A stretch of 64,000 nucleotides of DNA. It comes from Octopus bimaculoides. Taxonomy: Eukaryota. The notes beneath the pieces were generated by a model. The model was not told the DNA's origin. It ran no database searches and was given only the letters and a program-made list of their open reading frames with translations. Shown piece after piece: positions 13,041-25,245 of the stretch. A program made the position numbers and the translations under genes. The DNA lies in the NCBI RefSeq assembly GCF_001194135.2, contig NC_068994.1, positions 48,254,549 to 48,318,548 of the forward strand, written 5' to 3'. How positions within the stretch are numbered: the stretch's first letter is position 1; each line of letters begins with the position of its first letter.

Positions 13041-13553
13041 TCATCATCATCATCATCGTTTAACGTCCGCTTTCCATGCTAGCATGGGTTGGACGATTTG
13101 ACTGAGGACTGGTGAAACCGGATGGCAACACCAGGCTCCAATCTAATATATATATAGATATACATATAGATATACATACTTACATATGCATACATATATA
13201 GTCAATCCAAACATGAACAAGCAAGAAAAAACAACAACGCGAGGACGTGGAATAAGTACAGTGTTATTGGACGCTCAGGAAAGGAATATACATACATCTA
13301 CATACATAAACATACACATACATATATACATGAGAGAGGTTGAGCTTGAAATATATTATATATANNNNNNNNNNNNNNNNNNNNNNNNNNNNNNNNNNNN
13401 NNNNNNNNNNNNNNNNNNNNNNNNNNNNNNNNNNNNNNNNNNNNNNNNNNNNNNNNNNNNNNNNNNNNNNNNNNNNNTATATATATATATATATATATAT
13501 ATTATATTATAGATAATTATACATGTATTAGGGTAAGGCCCTAAGTGCAGCTA

Positions 13554-13787
13554 TCATGACTGTATCGTGTTAGCTGGACGTTTGTCTGTGAAGAAGCTAT
13601 GCAGAACTATGATCTGGCCAATTCCAACAACAATCACTGCCACTGTCTCACATATTGACCAAAAAAATACTCTCTCATTCAGGAACTCAGCAAAAGCTCG
13701 CCCACTGGACTCCCGCAGCTTGAAGTGAGTCTGATAGTCAGCAATGGTGTTCAGCTGTGCATGTGTATTCACTGAAGTCTGCTCCAT
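13554..13787 (-). CDS. TMED7: p24-gamma terminal exon 3b (distal, duplicated alternative last exon)
   Basis: Strong acceptor ttttcttcttctctatcttcAG|ATG, phase 0. MEQTSVNTHAQLNTIADYQTHFKLRESSGRAFAEFLNERVFFWSICETVAVIVVGIGQIIVLHSFFTDKRPANTIQS*. Gives a 220-aa protein with exons 1-2. No separate exon 1 or 2 is visible between 13.8 and 24.4 kb. Confidence 0.88.
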   Translation of the reverse strand: MEQTSVNTHAQLNTIADYQTHFKLRESSGRAFAEFLNERVFFWSICETVAVIVVGIGQIIVLHSFFTDKRPANTIQS

Positions 13788-16700
13788 CTGAAGATAGAGA
13801 AGAAGAAAAAAACGAAAATTATATTTTAGTCTTCAATAAAACAAGTGTTAATGGCATTATTTCAAAGTGTTTAGAAGACACTTAAAATCAGATTTAAAAA
13901 TGTATATACAAAACTGTGAGTGCAAATGTCTCAATGTGTGTATGTATGTGTGTGTGTGTGTGTCACTTAGGTAAAGTGATACTAATTATTTGGCATTAGT
14001 AGTAAACCTATATTAGCTTCAGAATAAAGTGTTGGTTGAGTACAAAGTGTAATATGACAAAGGAACAGGAAATTATGCAATGAATTTCATCAACTTACAA
14101 CTGTTCTCTGCTAGAAGATGCAGTGCACTCACAAATGAGTTATTTGGGAAGGCATTTACTAGCATTTCATTTTAGAAGCTCTGAGGAAGCTATAAGTTAG
14201 TGCACATGCATTCAGCGATGCATCTTGTAGCAGAAACAGCTTTAGGCTAATGAAGTTCATTGCCTAAATTCTTGTTTTGTCATTTAATTTCATATACAAT
14301 TAGCCGAAAGTGATGAAGACCATTAGAGTGACTTTTGCCATTTATCAAACCAGAGCTCCCTTATTGCATGCCACTTACCAAACTGTGGCTACCTCATTGT
14401 CTCATGGCAGTACTATAACCTTTAATAAGCGTCATGCACAAAACTCACAAATCCTTTCTCACTTTCTGCCAAGTAAAAAGATTGACACACATACTCAGTT
14501 TACTGAGTTCTGTTTCTGCTGTTCTACCACTCAATATAAGAACATTCTTAAATCAAAAATGAAGGAGACCAGAAATTCAAAGAGTTATATTTTACAGATT
14601 CAATGTTTTAGTAAAGACAATCTGTTAGTTGACATGCAATTATATCATGTCACTAGCTATTCAACCTACAAGAAATAGCAACCGATGTTAATTTCCTTTC
14701 CTTTTCAGATGGCAGGACATGATTTTGAAGGAGATTTGGCTGTTATTTCTAATAGGTCTAGTGACTGCATAGAGACTCCCTCCCAATCATAACACTTTAA
14801 AACACTGTTTTGTTATCTTAAAAATACTGGTTGAACAGTTTTTTTTTTGTTTGTTTTTTTTTGTTACAGTGTACAAAGTTTATAAACACATGGCAAGAAG
14901 TCAGACAAATTTAGCAGAGAATTTCATTCAAATTTCTCCAGAATGCAACCCAAAATCTCAATTTCAGTCATATGATCTCCATTTTAAATTTTGTAGAGGG
15001 AAATTTTGCTGCTTCATCGATCTTGCATATCATAGTACAGAATTTAAAGTTAATAAGTTTACTAGAGACTTAGTCACTATATGCAGCAAGTCAAGCAACT
15101 ACATAACAACTGAAAAGAAACTGATGTTACACTTGGACAAGTCCACCTTGCATGCTTCTCCTTTGCTATAGTCATTCATACCAGCAAGCTAACAAGGGAG
15201 ATTATGTAGTTACTTGACATGCTAGAAATAACAGCCGAATTTCTTCCAATCAAACCATTTCAAAAAAAGTAGTCACTAACCAATATAGTCCTAGATATAC
15301 AAAAAAGATTGGCTGATCATAGCTGGAACGCCTTTGGTCATAGGTCTGCTCAACTAGGGCTGACTCAGGGTTAAACATTAATAGCAGTTATTCAAGACTG
15401 GACAACAGAAGGAATGCAATACACTCCGACTCATAAACTGCATTCTACACAACAAAATGACTGCATGTTGTATATAATATGGATGCCCTCAACCAGATAC
15501 AAGTACCATAGGCTATTCCTAGTTATTTGAACAAGTACCTAGGTACCATAAACCTGCTTGAGCAAGGCTGACCTGCATTTCATAGCAACAACTAGAGAAG
15601 CTCCTTCACTGATTCATGTGATCCTCCATTTAGTCCCTTTTGATACCAAACTACCAGAGACTGGCTTTGGTTCTATGATACAATCTTCCTATTTTAAAGC
15701 GATTTCAGTTAAAACCTCCCATCAAAATTTCGTGTTGATTTTATGTTCCAAACATCAGCTTAATAACGACAAAGTTATTTTACTAAATACTCCATTATTT
15801 TCAAAATCAATTGAAACTAATGCAGTGCATTTCAACAGAAATATAATAACAAGAGGGTTACATATACTAAAGAGTTTGATGGTGGAGAAGATTTGGTGGT
15901 AACATTGAGCAGGCTGATTTCACAGAAGCTCTCTTGCTGGCTTATGTAAGATCACCTATTTTAAAGACAGTATTGTGTTTAAGGAAAAATTTGGCTGAGA
16001 CACTGAGCAAGTCAAACTACAACATAGCTCCCTTGTCTGGTTTTTCTTTTATTTTTACTTATTTAGACTGTGGGCACCACCTCAAAGAATTTTAGTTGAA
16101 CAAATCAATGCCAGTACTAATTTTGTTAAGCCTCGTAGTTATTCTATTAGTCTCTAGGCTTAACAAAATAAGTTTATTGACCCTTCTGATACTTGAAGTT
16201 GTCTTCAATCTTATAATACAAAATTGTCTGAATTAAAATCATTTCCATTTAAAATAGAATCTCCCATTGTTATATAAAGTTATGTTCCAAACACCACTTT
16301 AATAATGAAAATATTATTTTATCATACCAAAGCCTTTCAAATTCTTGATTATATTCAAAATTAATTTAAACAATTAAGCACAGTAATTTAGTAAAAAATA
16401 AAGTCATGAAAAAACTTCAAAGAATTTCTGAAGTGGTATTTTGTTGGCATTAGAAAGGGCATCCAGCCATAGAAACCAAGTCAAAACAGACTGGAGCCTG
16501 GTGCAACTCTACAGCTTGCCTGTCCCAGTGAAACTGTCTGACCCATGCCAGCATGGAAAATGGATGCCAAATGATGATGATGCATTTGAATAAATATTTT
16601 GTATCTGTTTAATTAAATAAATACAATCTTTTAGACAATTTTATCATTAACGTTTCATTCTAAAATAAATTTAAATAAATACCACTGAAAATAAGATAAG

Positions 16701-16999
16701 CAAGCAAATAGGGGTAAGCAGAGTTTTTTAATGCTTTTTTTTTTTTTTTCGTTAGAAAGCAAGCTGAAACAATTAGAATATATTAAAAGCAGAAAATAAG
16801 AGTCATGCTTGATTTTGTTGCTCAATAATCAACTTTTCTTTCTGATACTAATGCATAATTCATCCACAGCAGAGGAATAAAAAAAAAAAATGATGTTAAA
16901 GCCAATCTCTGAAAATTTTGAACTCATTACAGAAAAGTATGATACTAAATGCTATAATCTATTTAATCTAATATTCTACTGGTTCAGTCATGTACACCT

Positions 17000-17219
17000 T
17001 TAATCCTTTCGATACCAACCTGGCTGAAACCGCCTCTGTAGTACAAATGTCTTGTTTTCATAAGTTCTGAATAAAAACCTTCCACCAAACCTTAGTTGCA
17101 ATTTATGTTCCTAACACCAGCTTAATGATAACTATGTTATTTTACTAAATTCTTTGTTATATTTAAAATTAATTGAAATACGGAGCATCTCAAAATAAAT
17201 ATGGTAACAAAAGGGTTAA
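17000..17219. mobile_element. TTAA-flanked MITE (piggyBac-like)
   Basis: ttaatcctttcgatacc ... ggtaacaaaagggttaa inverted ends. Related copies at 15630-15861 and 51024-51378, the latter interrupted by an RTE tail. Confidence 0.7.
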
Positions 17220-18519
17220 GTAACATTAACAATAATGTTGATTTCTCACATTTGAGACAGGGCCATAAATTTCTAGAGAAAGACCTAGCTAACTGAATCA
17301 AATTTAGTACATATATGTCAACTGCAATGATGACTGGACAGTTTTCATTACCAGTTATTGCAAGAAGAGTTCATCAGTTTGAGGAAAGGGAAAATGATAG
17401 GAGTGTTAAAATTTTTCATAAACATCTTACCAACAGCCCTTGTCCAGCATGACCCCAGTTCTTTACTATACCTTGTTAGTAGAATGAGTTACAAAAAGCA
17501 TCACATATGAGAATAAAGAAATTTTAAAAAGACATTTATTGTTCCTACAGTTTAGCCCCTGGCCACATGGTAAGGCTTGGCCCAGCAGACCTATAATTAA
17601 AGGCATTCAAGCCATGTTTTACTCAGACATACTGTATCTAGAACTACATTATCCAACATGGTCTTTCTTTATCCAAACAACAGGCTGTTGTTTGAGGAAG
17701 ATTTGACTGCTATTTCTGGCAGGACAAGTAGCTACATAAGCACTCCTTTGTTGGCTCTTGAAAATTACACTATGAGTTATGTGTATGTATGTGTGGAGAG
17801 ATCAGAGGTTTACTCTTCAGGTTTCAGTATTCTCTGGAAAGTGTAACATGGCTATTTTCCAAAAATCAATACAATTAACCACCTGCTGATAGATGCATTT
17901 TATCAAAGCACATAGAAACCTAAAGCAATATTGGTTTATCACATTTTGTTTTTTATTCTTTGATTTTTCTATTTTCCATTTTATTGTTTTCTTCTTTAGT
18001 TCCAGATCAGTTCCAATAGAGAAGATAGGTTTTTTAAGAAAGCAATTCCAACTATGACCAACCCCTCATCTTCTTTAAGATATGATACAATATGTCCTTT
18101 TCTGTTTGAAAATGTGATTTGCAGAATTAAGATTTGGTTGTTATGTCTAGTAGAGGTTCCATCTCAATTTTGCTTTCATATGTGAGATCCATTATTAGTT
18201 GTTTTTGGCCCTTTTATTTATTTATTTACAGATATACTTTCTTCCTTTTTCACAGTTGGAGAATATCTATCTTATCAGTCAAGAAAACCAAACCATTGTG
18301 ACAAGTCCCCTTCCCAAATAAAATCTGAGATTAAAACTGCAAGCTAATGAAAAGAAGAAAATACAATCCCTACTGCTTTCAGAAGTGAACTGTAGCTCTC
18401 CACCAGTTAATGACAATATAGCGCTTAAGTGGTGTGCATGAGGTTAGTAACCTAATTTAAAACAGCAATAACTGTTTTGTTACTATACTGATTTTGACTA
18501 CTTTTGTTCTAATTACTCT

Positions 18520-18718
18520 CTTTTACTTGTTTCAGTCATTTGACTGTGGCCATGCTGGAGCACCACCTTTAGTTGAGCAAATCGACTCCAGGGCTTATTC
18601 TTTGTAAGCCTAGTACTTATTCTATCGCTCACTTTTGCCAAACTGCTAAGTTACGGGGACAAACACACCAGCATCGGTTGTCAAGCAATGTTGGGGGAAC
18701 AAACACACACACAAACAT

Positions 18719-18760
<42 letters not shown>

Positions 18761-18910
18761 CGGGATTCTTTCAGTTTCCGTCTACCAAATCCACTCACAA
18801 GGCTTTGGTTAGCCCAAGGCTATACTAGAAGACACTTGCCCAAGGTGCCACACAGTGGAACTGAACCCGCAACCATGAGGTTGGTAAGCAAGTTACTTAG
18901 CACACAGCTA
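18520..18910 (-). mobile_element. SINE family 1 copy (reverse)
   Basis: Reverse complement of the head (ctgaacccgcaaccatg...ggtaagcaag) and tail (ctcttttacttgtttcagtcatttgactgtggccatgctggagcacc). Confidence 0.85.
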
Positions 18911-20198
18911 CTATTTTGGAAAGAATAAATTCATTAGAATAACTTTCATTACTAGGTGATTGGAATATAGATTAACATGAATTTAAAGTAAAATTTAGAA
19001 TATATATTTACAGCTTTTAATTTAAATCCATTTTAAAAGAATTTGTATCACAGAACAAAAGGGTTAAATTCAGTTCTCCACAGAAAAAAAAAAAAATCCC
19101 AAAGTACATGGAAATGTGAAAATTTTGAAAAATAGCCAAAGAATATTTATTCTTGTCAATATATCCAGTTTTTCAAGATTTTTATTAACTTACCCATTGT
19201 CTTTGGAATTAGACTTGAAGAACATTCTTACAAGAGTACAAAGTCACAAATTTGCTGAAGAGGCTATACTTAAATATGATAGTGACAGTCAGTATATGAT
19301 ACTTTCACCCATAACACCCATTTAAGCAATCCCTACTACCCTAGGCTGAGAGAGAAGGCCAGTTTCACTCACTTCGGAAACCACTGTTTTATAGCACTTT
19401 TCTCAGACACCACATGCCTAATTTATTACAGTTCAAATTTTACCTCAATGAATAAGTAAAATAAAAATTCATATTTTGATGATAAAAAAAAAAAAAAACA
19501 CTAACACTTTCACCAAAAGAGAAACATTTCATTTATTGATTTCTGGACAAAAACAATCAAAATATTTTTTAAATCTTGAAAAATTACAAAAAAAAAATTT
19601 CTTAGATTATAAAAAAAATGTTTACAAAATTTACAATGAATTCAAAGAAAATCTTAAAATATGAACAATGCACTAGTCTGCTTATTTAAAAAAAAAAATT
19701 ACAGATTATTTCCAATTAAAATAATCAAACTAAATGGTAATTTCAGTACAAATTTTTTTTTTTTTAAAGATGTTCTAGTATGAAATATCAAATTNNNNNN
19801 NNNNNNNNNNNNNNNNNNNNNNNNNNNNNNNNNNNNNNNNNNNNNNNNNNNNNNNNNNNNNNNNNNNNNNNNNNNNNNNNNNNNNNNNNNNNNNNNNNNN
19901 NNNNNNNNNNNNNNNNNNNNNNNNNNNNNNNNNNNNNNNNNNNNNNNNNNNNNNNNNNNNNNNNNNNNNNNNNNNNNNNNNNNNNNNNNNNNNNNNNNNN
20001 NNNNNNNNNNNNNNNNNNNNNNNNNNNNNNNNNNNNNNNNNNNNNNNNNNNNNNNNNNNNNNNNNNNNNNNNNNNNNNNNNNNNNNNNNNNNNNNNNNNN
20101 NNNNNNNNNNNNNNNNNNNNNNNNNNNNNNNNNNNNNNNNNNNNNNNNNNNNNNNNNNNNNNNNNNNNNNNNNNNNNNNNNNNNNNNNNNNNNNNNNN

Positions 20199-20251
<53 letters not shown>

Positions 20252-23200
20252 AACTCATCTTGTAATAAAACTGTTTACCCAGAGTAATTCAACTAAGGTT
20301 GACAAAGTCAGTCTGAAAATGGAACTCACAACAAACTCATTCACTGCTTTGTAATTCAGAGATCATAACACCCTAATTTAGTGGGAGAAGTGTTCATTAA
20401 AAATAATTAAAAATTATGAATCAAAGACACACACATACAAAGTAAATTGTTCAGTAAACTAACTCAACCTCAGTTTACGTCTAGTATTTACTGATTGAGT
20501 GTATGGAGAATTAAATTCAATGTAGACAGATAAAACTATATAACGAAAGGCATAGCTTGGCTCTACCAATTTACAGTAATTATGATAATTACAAGACTTA
20601 TGAGAATGAAGATGATAAAGATTTCTTAGTCACAAAGCTAATTTTTGTTACAGAGTTGTTGATATAAATGCACCAACCCCACTATAACATTGGTGTAATT
20701 TTATTGGTCATCGCGGAAATAAAAGGTAAAAACAAACAAGACAAGACTTGGATTTAGTAACAAGCAGAATGACACGGAGAAATACTACACATATAATACT
20801 GTACATACTACCCAATAATTTCATATAAATAAAAGTAAGTCCAACTTTCACAATGGCGAAGGGATGTAGACAGTTGAATCAACTTTAATGTATTACTACT
20901 ACAACTCTATTAAACTGAGAGAAAGAGAGAGAGACGAAAAATGAAGTAAACTACAGAGAAATTTAAATTCTGAAAGGAGAGAAATGAAACCAAATACACA
21001 AAGACAATGAATGTTGACACACCACTCTCACCTAATAATCATAAAACACTGGAACATTTGAAACTATTATATTTCACTACTTCTCTCCAAACTATATATA
21101 GTTATATTACATGACTGAATTTATATCAGTAAATGCAGTCAGTTTTAATACTGAAATAATAAAAAATGATTTGTAACATAGGCATAAGGCCACAAATATT
21201 TGGAAAGTATTGTCAATCCAACTGACTCAAATATCTATTTTATCGAGTCCAAAAGATGAAAAGCTGAATCAACCTTAGTAGGGTTTGAACTCAGAATGTA
21301 AAGTGATATAACTATACACTGTAAAGCATTCTGTCCAGTGTTTTACTAATTCTGACACTCAACCATCAGCACACAGGCATTGATATACAGTGAGAAGAAT
21401 ATTTGATTTAAATTACCCCAGAACTTGATTCATATTATGAAATATTCATTGATTCTGAAAGTATGAAATGCACAGTCAACTCTAATGGGATTTGAACTCA
21501 TTATATATGAGAATATGATGGGTTTTATATTGGCACAAGGACAAACTTATAGAGGAGGAGCATAGTTGACTCAATTGAACCAACTATAAAATACTGTTTC
21601 TTATATTATTGACTTTAGCAAAATAAACAATAAAATTGCTTTGACAAAATCTGAATTCAAAGAGTAAAAGGAGGCAGCTAAATACAGTGAGGAATTTTGC
21701 CTGAAACTCTACCTTTCATTTTCACTCTTTCCAATTGCTGGTCTTTTGTAAATAAAAATAATTTCTGATGTAGACAGAAGGCCAGAAATTCTTTTTATGG
21801 ACTCCAGAAGGATGAAGGCAAAGTTGACTTTAGCAGGATTTCAAATCAGAGTGTAAAAGAGACCATAACTAACTGCTGCAAGGTATTTTGTTTGATGTTC
21901 TGAAGATTTCTGCCAATTCACCAAATGATAATAAAAAATACTGGCTTTCATGCAACATCTCCAAAGACATAAAATACAAACAAACATACAACCACATTGT
22001 CCTACGTGATAGATACCAAATTGGTATTCTCCTTACAACCAGATAAGAAATCACCAAAAGCTTGGTGCATTATCATACATTTAACTGTAATGTTTTATGT
22101 AATGATGGTTATGATAACGGCATAAGACCATAAATTTTTTAAAAATGTATAGTCAATTGACCTCAGTACATAACTGGTACTTATTTTACCAAGAAAGATG
22201 TGACTAATACAGAAACATGAACTCAAATATTGTAAAGCAATTAGAATCAACACCATGTTAATAATGAAGATAATAACAAAAATTAAATCACTCCTTGTAC
22301 TTGACTGATAAAAAGTACCAGTCAAGTACTAAGTCAATTTAATTAACCAACCACCTTCACACAAATTTCAGACCTTGTACCTAAGCTGGAAACATTTTTA
22401 ATATCATTAACATTATTAAGCTGGCAGAATCGTTAGCACATTGGATGAAATGCATAGTGGTTCTTCATCTGAGTTTTAATTCCACTGAGGGTGATTTTGG
22501 TTTTCATTTTTGGTGGGGTTGATGAAATAAGTACCAGTTGAGTACTGGGACTGATCTCACCAAAATTGCTGGCCTTGAGCCAAAATTTGAAACCACTAAT
22601 TATCATTAAAATTGCAAAAAAAAAAAAAGGTTAACTGCCAGGCTTAACAGCTTGCTGTATTTAATCACTTTCATTTATGTTTTGAGTTCTCAGGGATCAA
22701 TAAGTACCAGTCATATACTGAAGTCAATTAAATCAACTATGTTACTCATCCAAAATTTGTGGCCTTATTGTTATTTAACAATAATAAATTAAAATACTAA
22801 TATTCTGAAAATATAAAAGATATAAAATGAAAGTATTTTTTGTTTTTTATTTTTTTGCAAGTGTGGCATATATTAATACTTCCTTTCAAATATAAAATCT
22901 GTTTTAAATAGTTTTATATTTAAACCAACATTAGCTTATAATGTGTAGAAGGGGATTACTGAATTACAAAGAAGTATTACACTTAATGAATGAATGTTAG
23001 TGCATTTCTTCAGTAATTAGTGGTTAAATTAGGTTCCAAACAGTTTGACGTTAAATTGCTTCACTTTCACAGACCATGAAAAACAAATCATTCAAAAGTT
23101 ATCCTTTTTCCTATGGATATTACTATGAGATGCTGAGTAATAAGTAATAAATTAATATACTACTTATTAGTAGAAAATGATAACTTAAATGTAATCAGAG

Positions 23201-24301
23201 ATGACAAATTCAATTATTTTCACTGTTTCAAATTTCAAAATGATAAAACTATCATAGCCATCTTTCTTAATTTGAATTATGAATGAAAAATTTTTTTAAA
23301 TCAACTGAAAAACAAAAAAAAAACTTAAAAACTGAAATCAAAATTTCAACTCAAATCAAAATTCACTTCTTTTTTTAATCAATAATTTTGTTTTTATGTT
23401 AAAATGAATTTCAATTTTAACATTTTAAAATATTTTTAATTCTATTTATTCTTCCCTTTCATTGGCTCATTTATTTAAACATTTTAGTATCATTCATTTG
23501 AAATTTTAAACTGAAAACAAAAAAAAAAAAAACTTTTTAAGACCCTAGGTATCAGTCTTGTTGAAAATCTTTTTTCTTTCTCTTATTCTACATAACCAAT
23601 AATAGACAAATGCCAGAAGAGGTAAAAAGATAAGGAATTGGATGGCTGGATAGATTAGCATTGTTTCACACCCACTTTTAGATGAGCAGGCGACTTCTAC
23701 AGTTCATTTTGCTATGAGGGGAAAAGCTGGGTAAGTTACATGGGTTTTCAAGGAAATGTGTAAAATTGATAGGAGGATGAGCAGAAAGTGATTATATAAC
23801 TATTTCATGTACTTCACAGAAATAGCAAAAAAAAAAAACAAAACAATAATAATACTGAACCTTTGAATACTTTTCTCATTAAAAGATTAACTTAAGCATG
23901 GGTTGAAAGTCTCGAAGAAAACTTAAAGGAATTTATTATCAAGCAGGGTATAGTAAGACAAAGGGAAAGATGGTGCTGCTGTGTTGGATAAGGGTTGTTA
24001 GTTTTCATGGGAGAGGTTATCAATTAGAATTCTAGACAATTTTAAATTACAGCAGTAACTGTAGTTTGCAAATATAAACAAAAGAAATTATTTGCAGCTA
24101 CTGGTATAATCTATAAGCCAGTGTCTTTCAGTTTGTCTGACAACGAAATATATGGTTGGCTTCATTTATAATTAAAGTTTAAATCTTCTCACAAAAGAAA
24201 AAAAAAAAAAATCAATTACAATGTCTGTTTTCTGATTGGATAAAATGTCCAAATTTCTGGTTTTTATTAATTTTTTTTTTAATAATAAACCCCATCCCTA
24301 C

Positions 24302-24307
24302 TTTATT
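24302..24307 (-). terminator. Candidate polyadenylation signal for isoform 3a
   Basis: AATAAA on - about 150 nt past the 3a stop; a second copy at 24263-24268. Confidence 0.5.
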
Positions 24308-24453
24308 ATGTTTGTTGTTGTTTATATATATATATATAATTGATGGGGTTTTTTTCTCTTCTTTCCAGTTAAAAAAAAAGGTAAGGTTGTGAAATATACA
24401 ATGATCCGCATCTCATAACCTCTTTGTAGTTTTTCTTGCTTTCTGCCCTTGCC

Positions 24454-24678
24454 TTACGTCTTGACCTCTCTTTTATCAGTGAAGAAACTCTTCATGATGA
24501 ACACCTGCCCAACTGTGATGATTAAGATGACTAAAGACTGACCCACGGACCAGTACAGCACACGCTCATTGAGGTCTTCAGCAAATGATCTAGCCTGGCT
24601 CTCTCTAAGTCGGAAATGAGTTTGATAGTCCACTATGTGATTTAAATTTTCATGGTTAACCACAGCTGAGCTCTCCAT
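24454..24678 (-). CDS. TMED7: p24-gamma terminal exon 3a (proximal): coiled coil, TM, FF-containing tail
   Basis: Acceptor gttctcttgtAG|ATG, phase 0. [74 protein letters not shown]. Gives a 217-aa protein with exons 1-2. Confidence 0.93.
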   Translation of the reverse strand: MESSAVVNHENLNHIVDYQTHFRLRESQARSFAEDLNERVLYWSVGQSLVILIITVGQVFIMKSFFTDKREVKT

Positions 24679-25039
24679 CTACAAGAGAACAGACAAACAC
24701 CATTTTCCAGTTGACCGCACACAAACAAAAGTTAAATAAAAATAAGCAATTGATAAATAATTGAAATAAACAAAATCAAAATAAATATAACAAAATGTAG
24801 CAAGGAATATTATTGTTGTTGCTGTGTTGTTCATGACTAACATAAGCTAATTATTCTGTTGTGCACAAATAAAAGCCATGGCTACAGTGGATTTGTACAG
24901 AGATTATGAGCCAACCAGCCAACCATTTCTTCTTAAGAGCTAATGTCTTGCTATGATTATATTTGGTGTTGATGTTCCACTACCTTAAAGCTAATTTAAC
25001 AACCTTGAATTAGCTTCTTATTAGTACTATTAGTATTAA

Positions 25040-25245
25040 ATGTGGCAAGCAGGCAGAACTGTTGCCACACCAGACAAAATGCTTAGCTGCATTTTATCTG
25101 TCTTTGTTTTGAGTTCAAATTCCACCGAGGGCAACTTTGCCTTTCATCCTTTCAGTGTTGATAAAATAAGTACCAGTCAAGAACTGGGGGTCAATGTAAT
25201 TGACTAGCCCCTACCTAACCAAAATTTCAGGCACTGTGCCTATAA
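25040..25245 (+). mobile_element. SINE family 2 copy
   Basis: ggcaagcaggcagaac...gagttcaaattccaccgagggcaactttgcctttcatcctttc...ataagtaccag...(att)n tail. Further copies near 21.2-21.9, 22.4-22.8, 31.75-31.95, 43.0, 45.2 and 49.0 kb. Confidence 0.8.

Noticed and set aside
12602-13101. Several long ORFs (76-138 aa) on both strands
   Set aside because: Translations of (TA)/(TACA) microsatellite with no protein-like content.
19780-20265. ORFs spanning N-runs (also near 13.3, 32.5, 49.8 and 61.2 kb)
   Set aside because: Artefacts of assembly gaps.
13788-24453. Exon 3b as the end of a separate tandem p24 paralog
   Set aside because: No signal-peptide or GOLD exon and no CpG-rich promoter is visible between 3b and 3a. 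Only an approximately 400-N gap flanked by poly-A could hide them, so this is less likely but not excluded.
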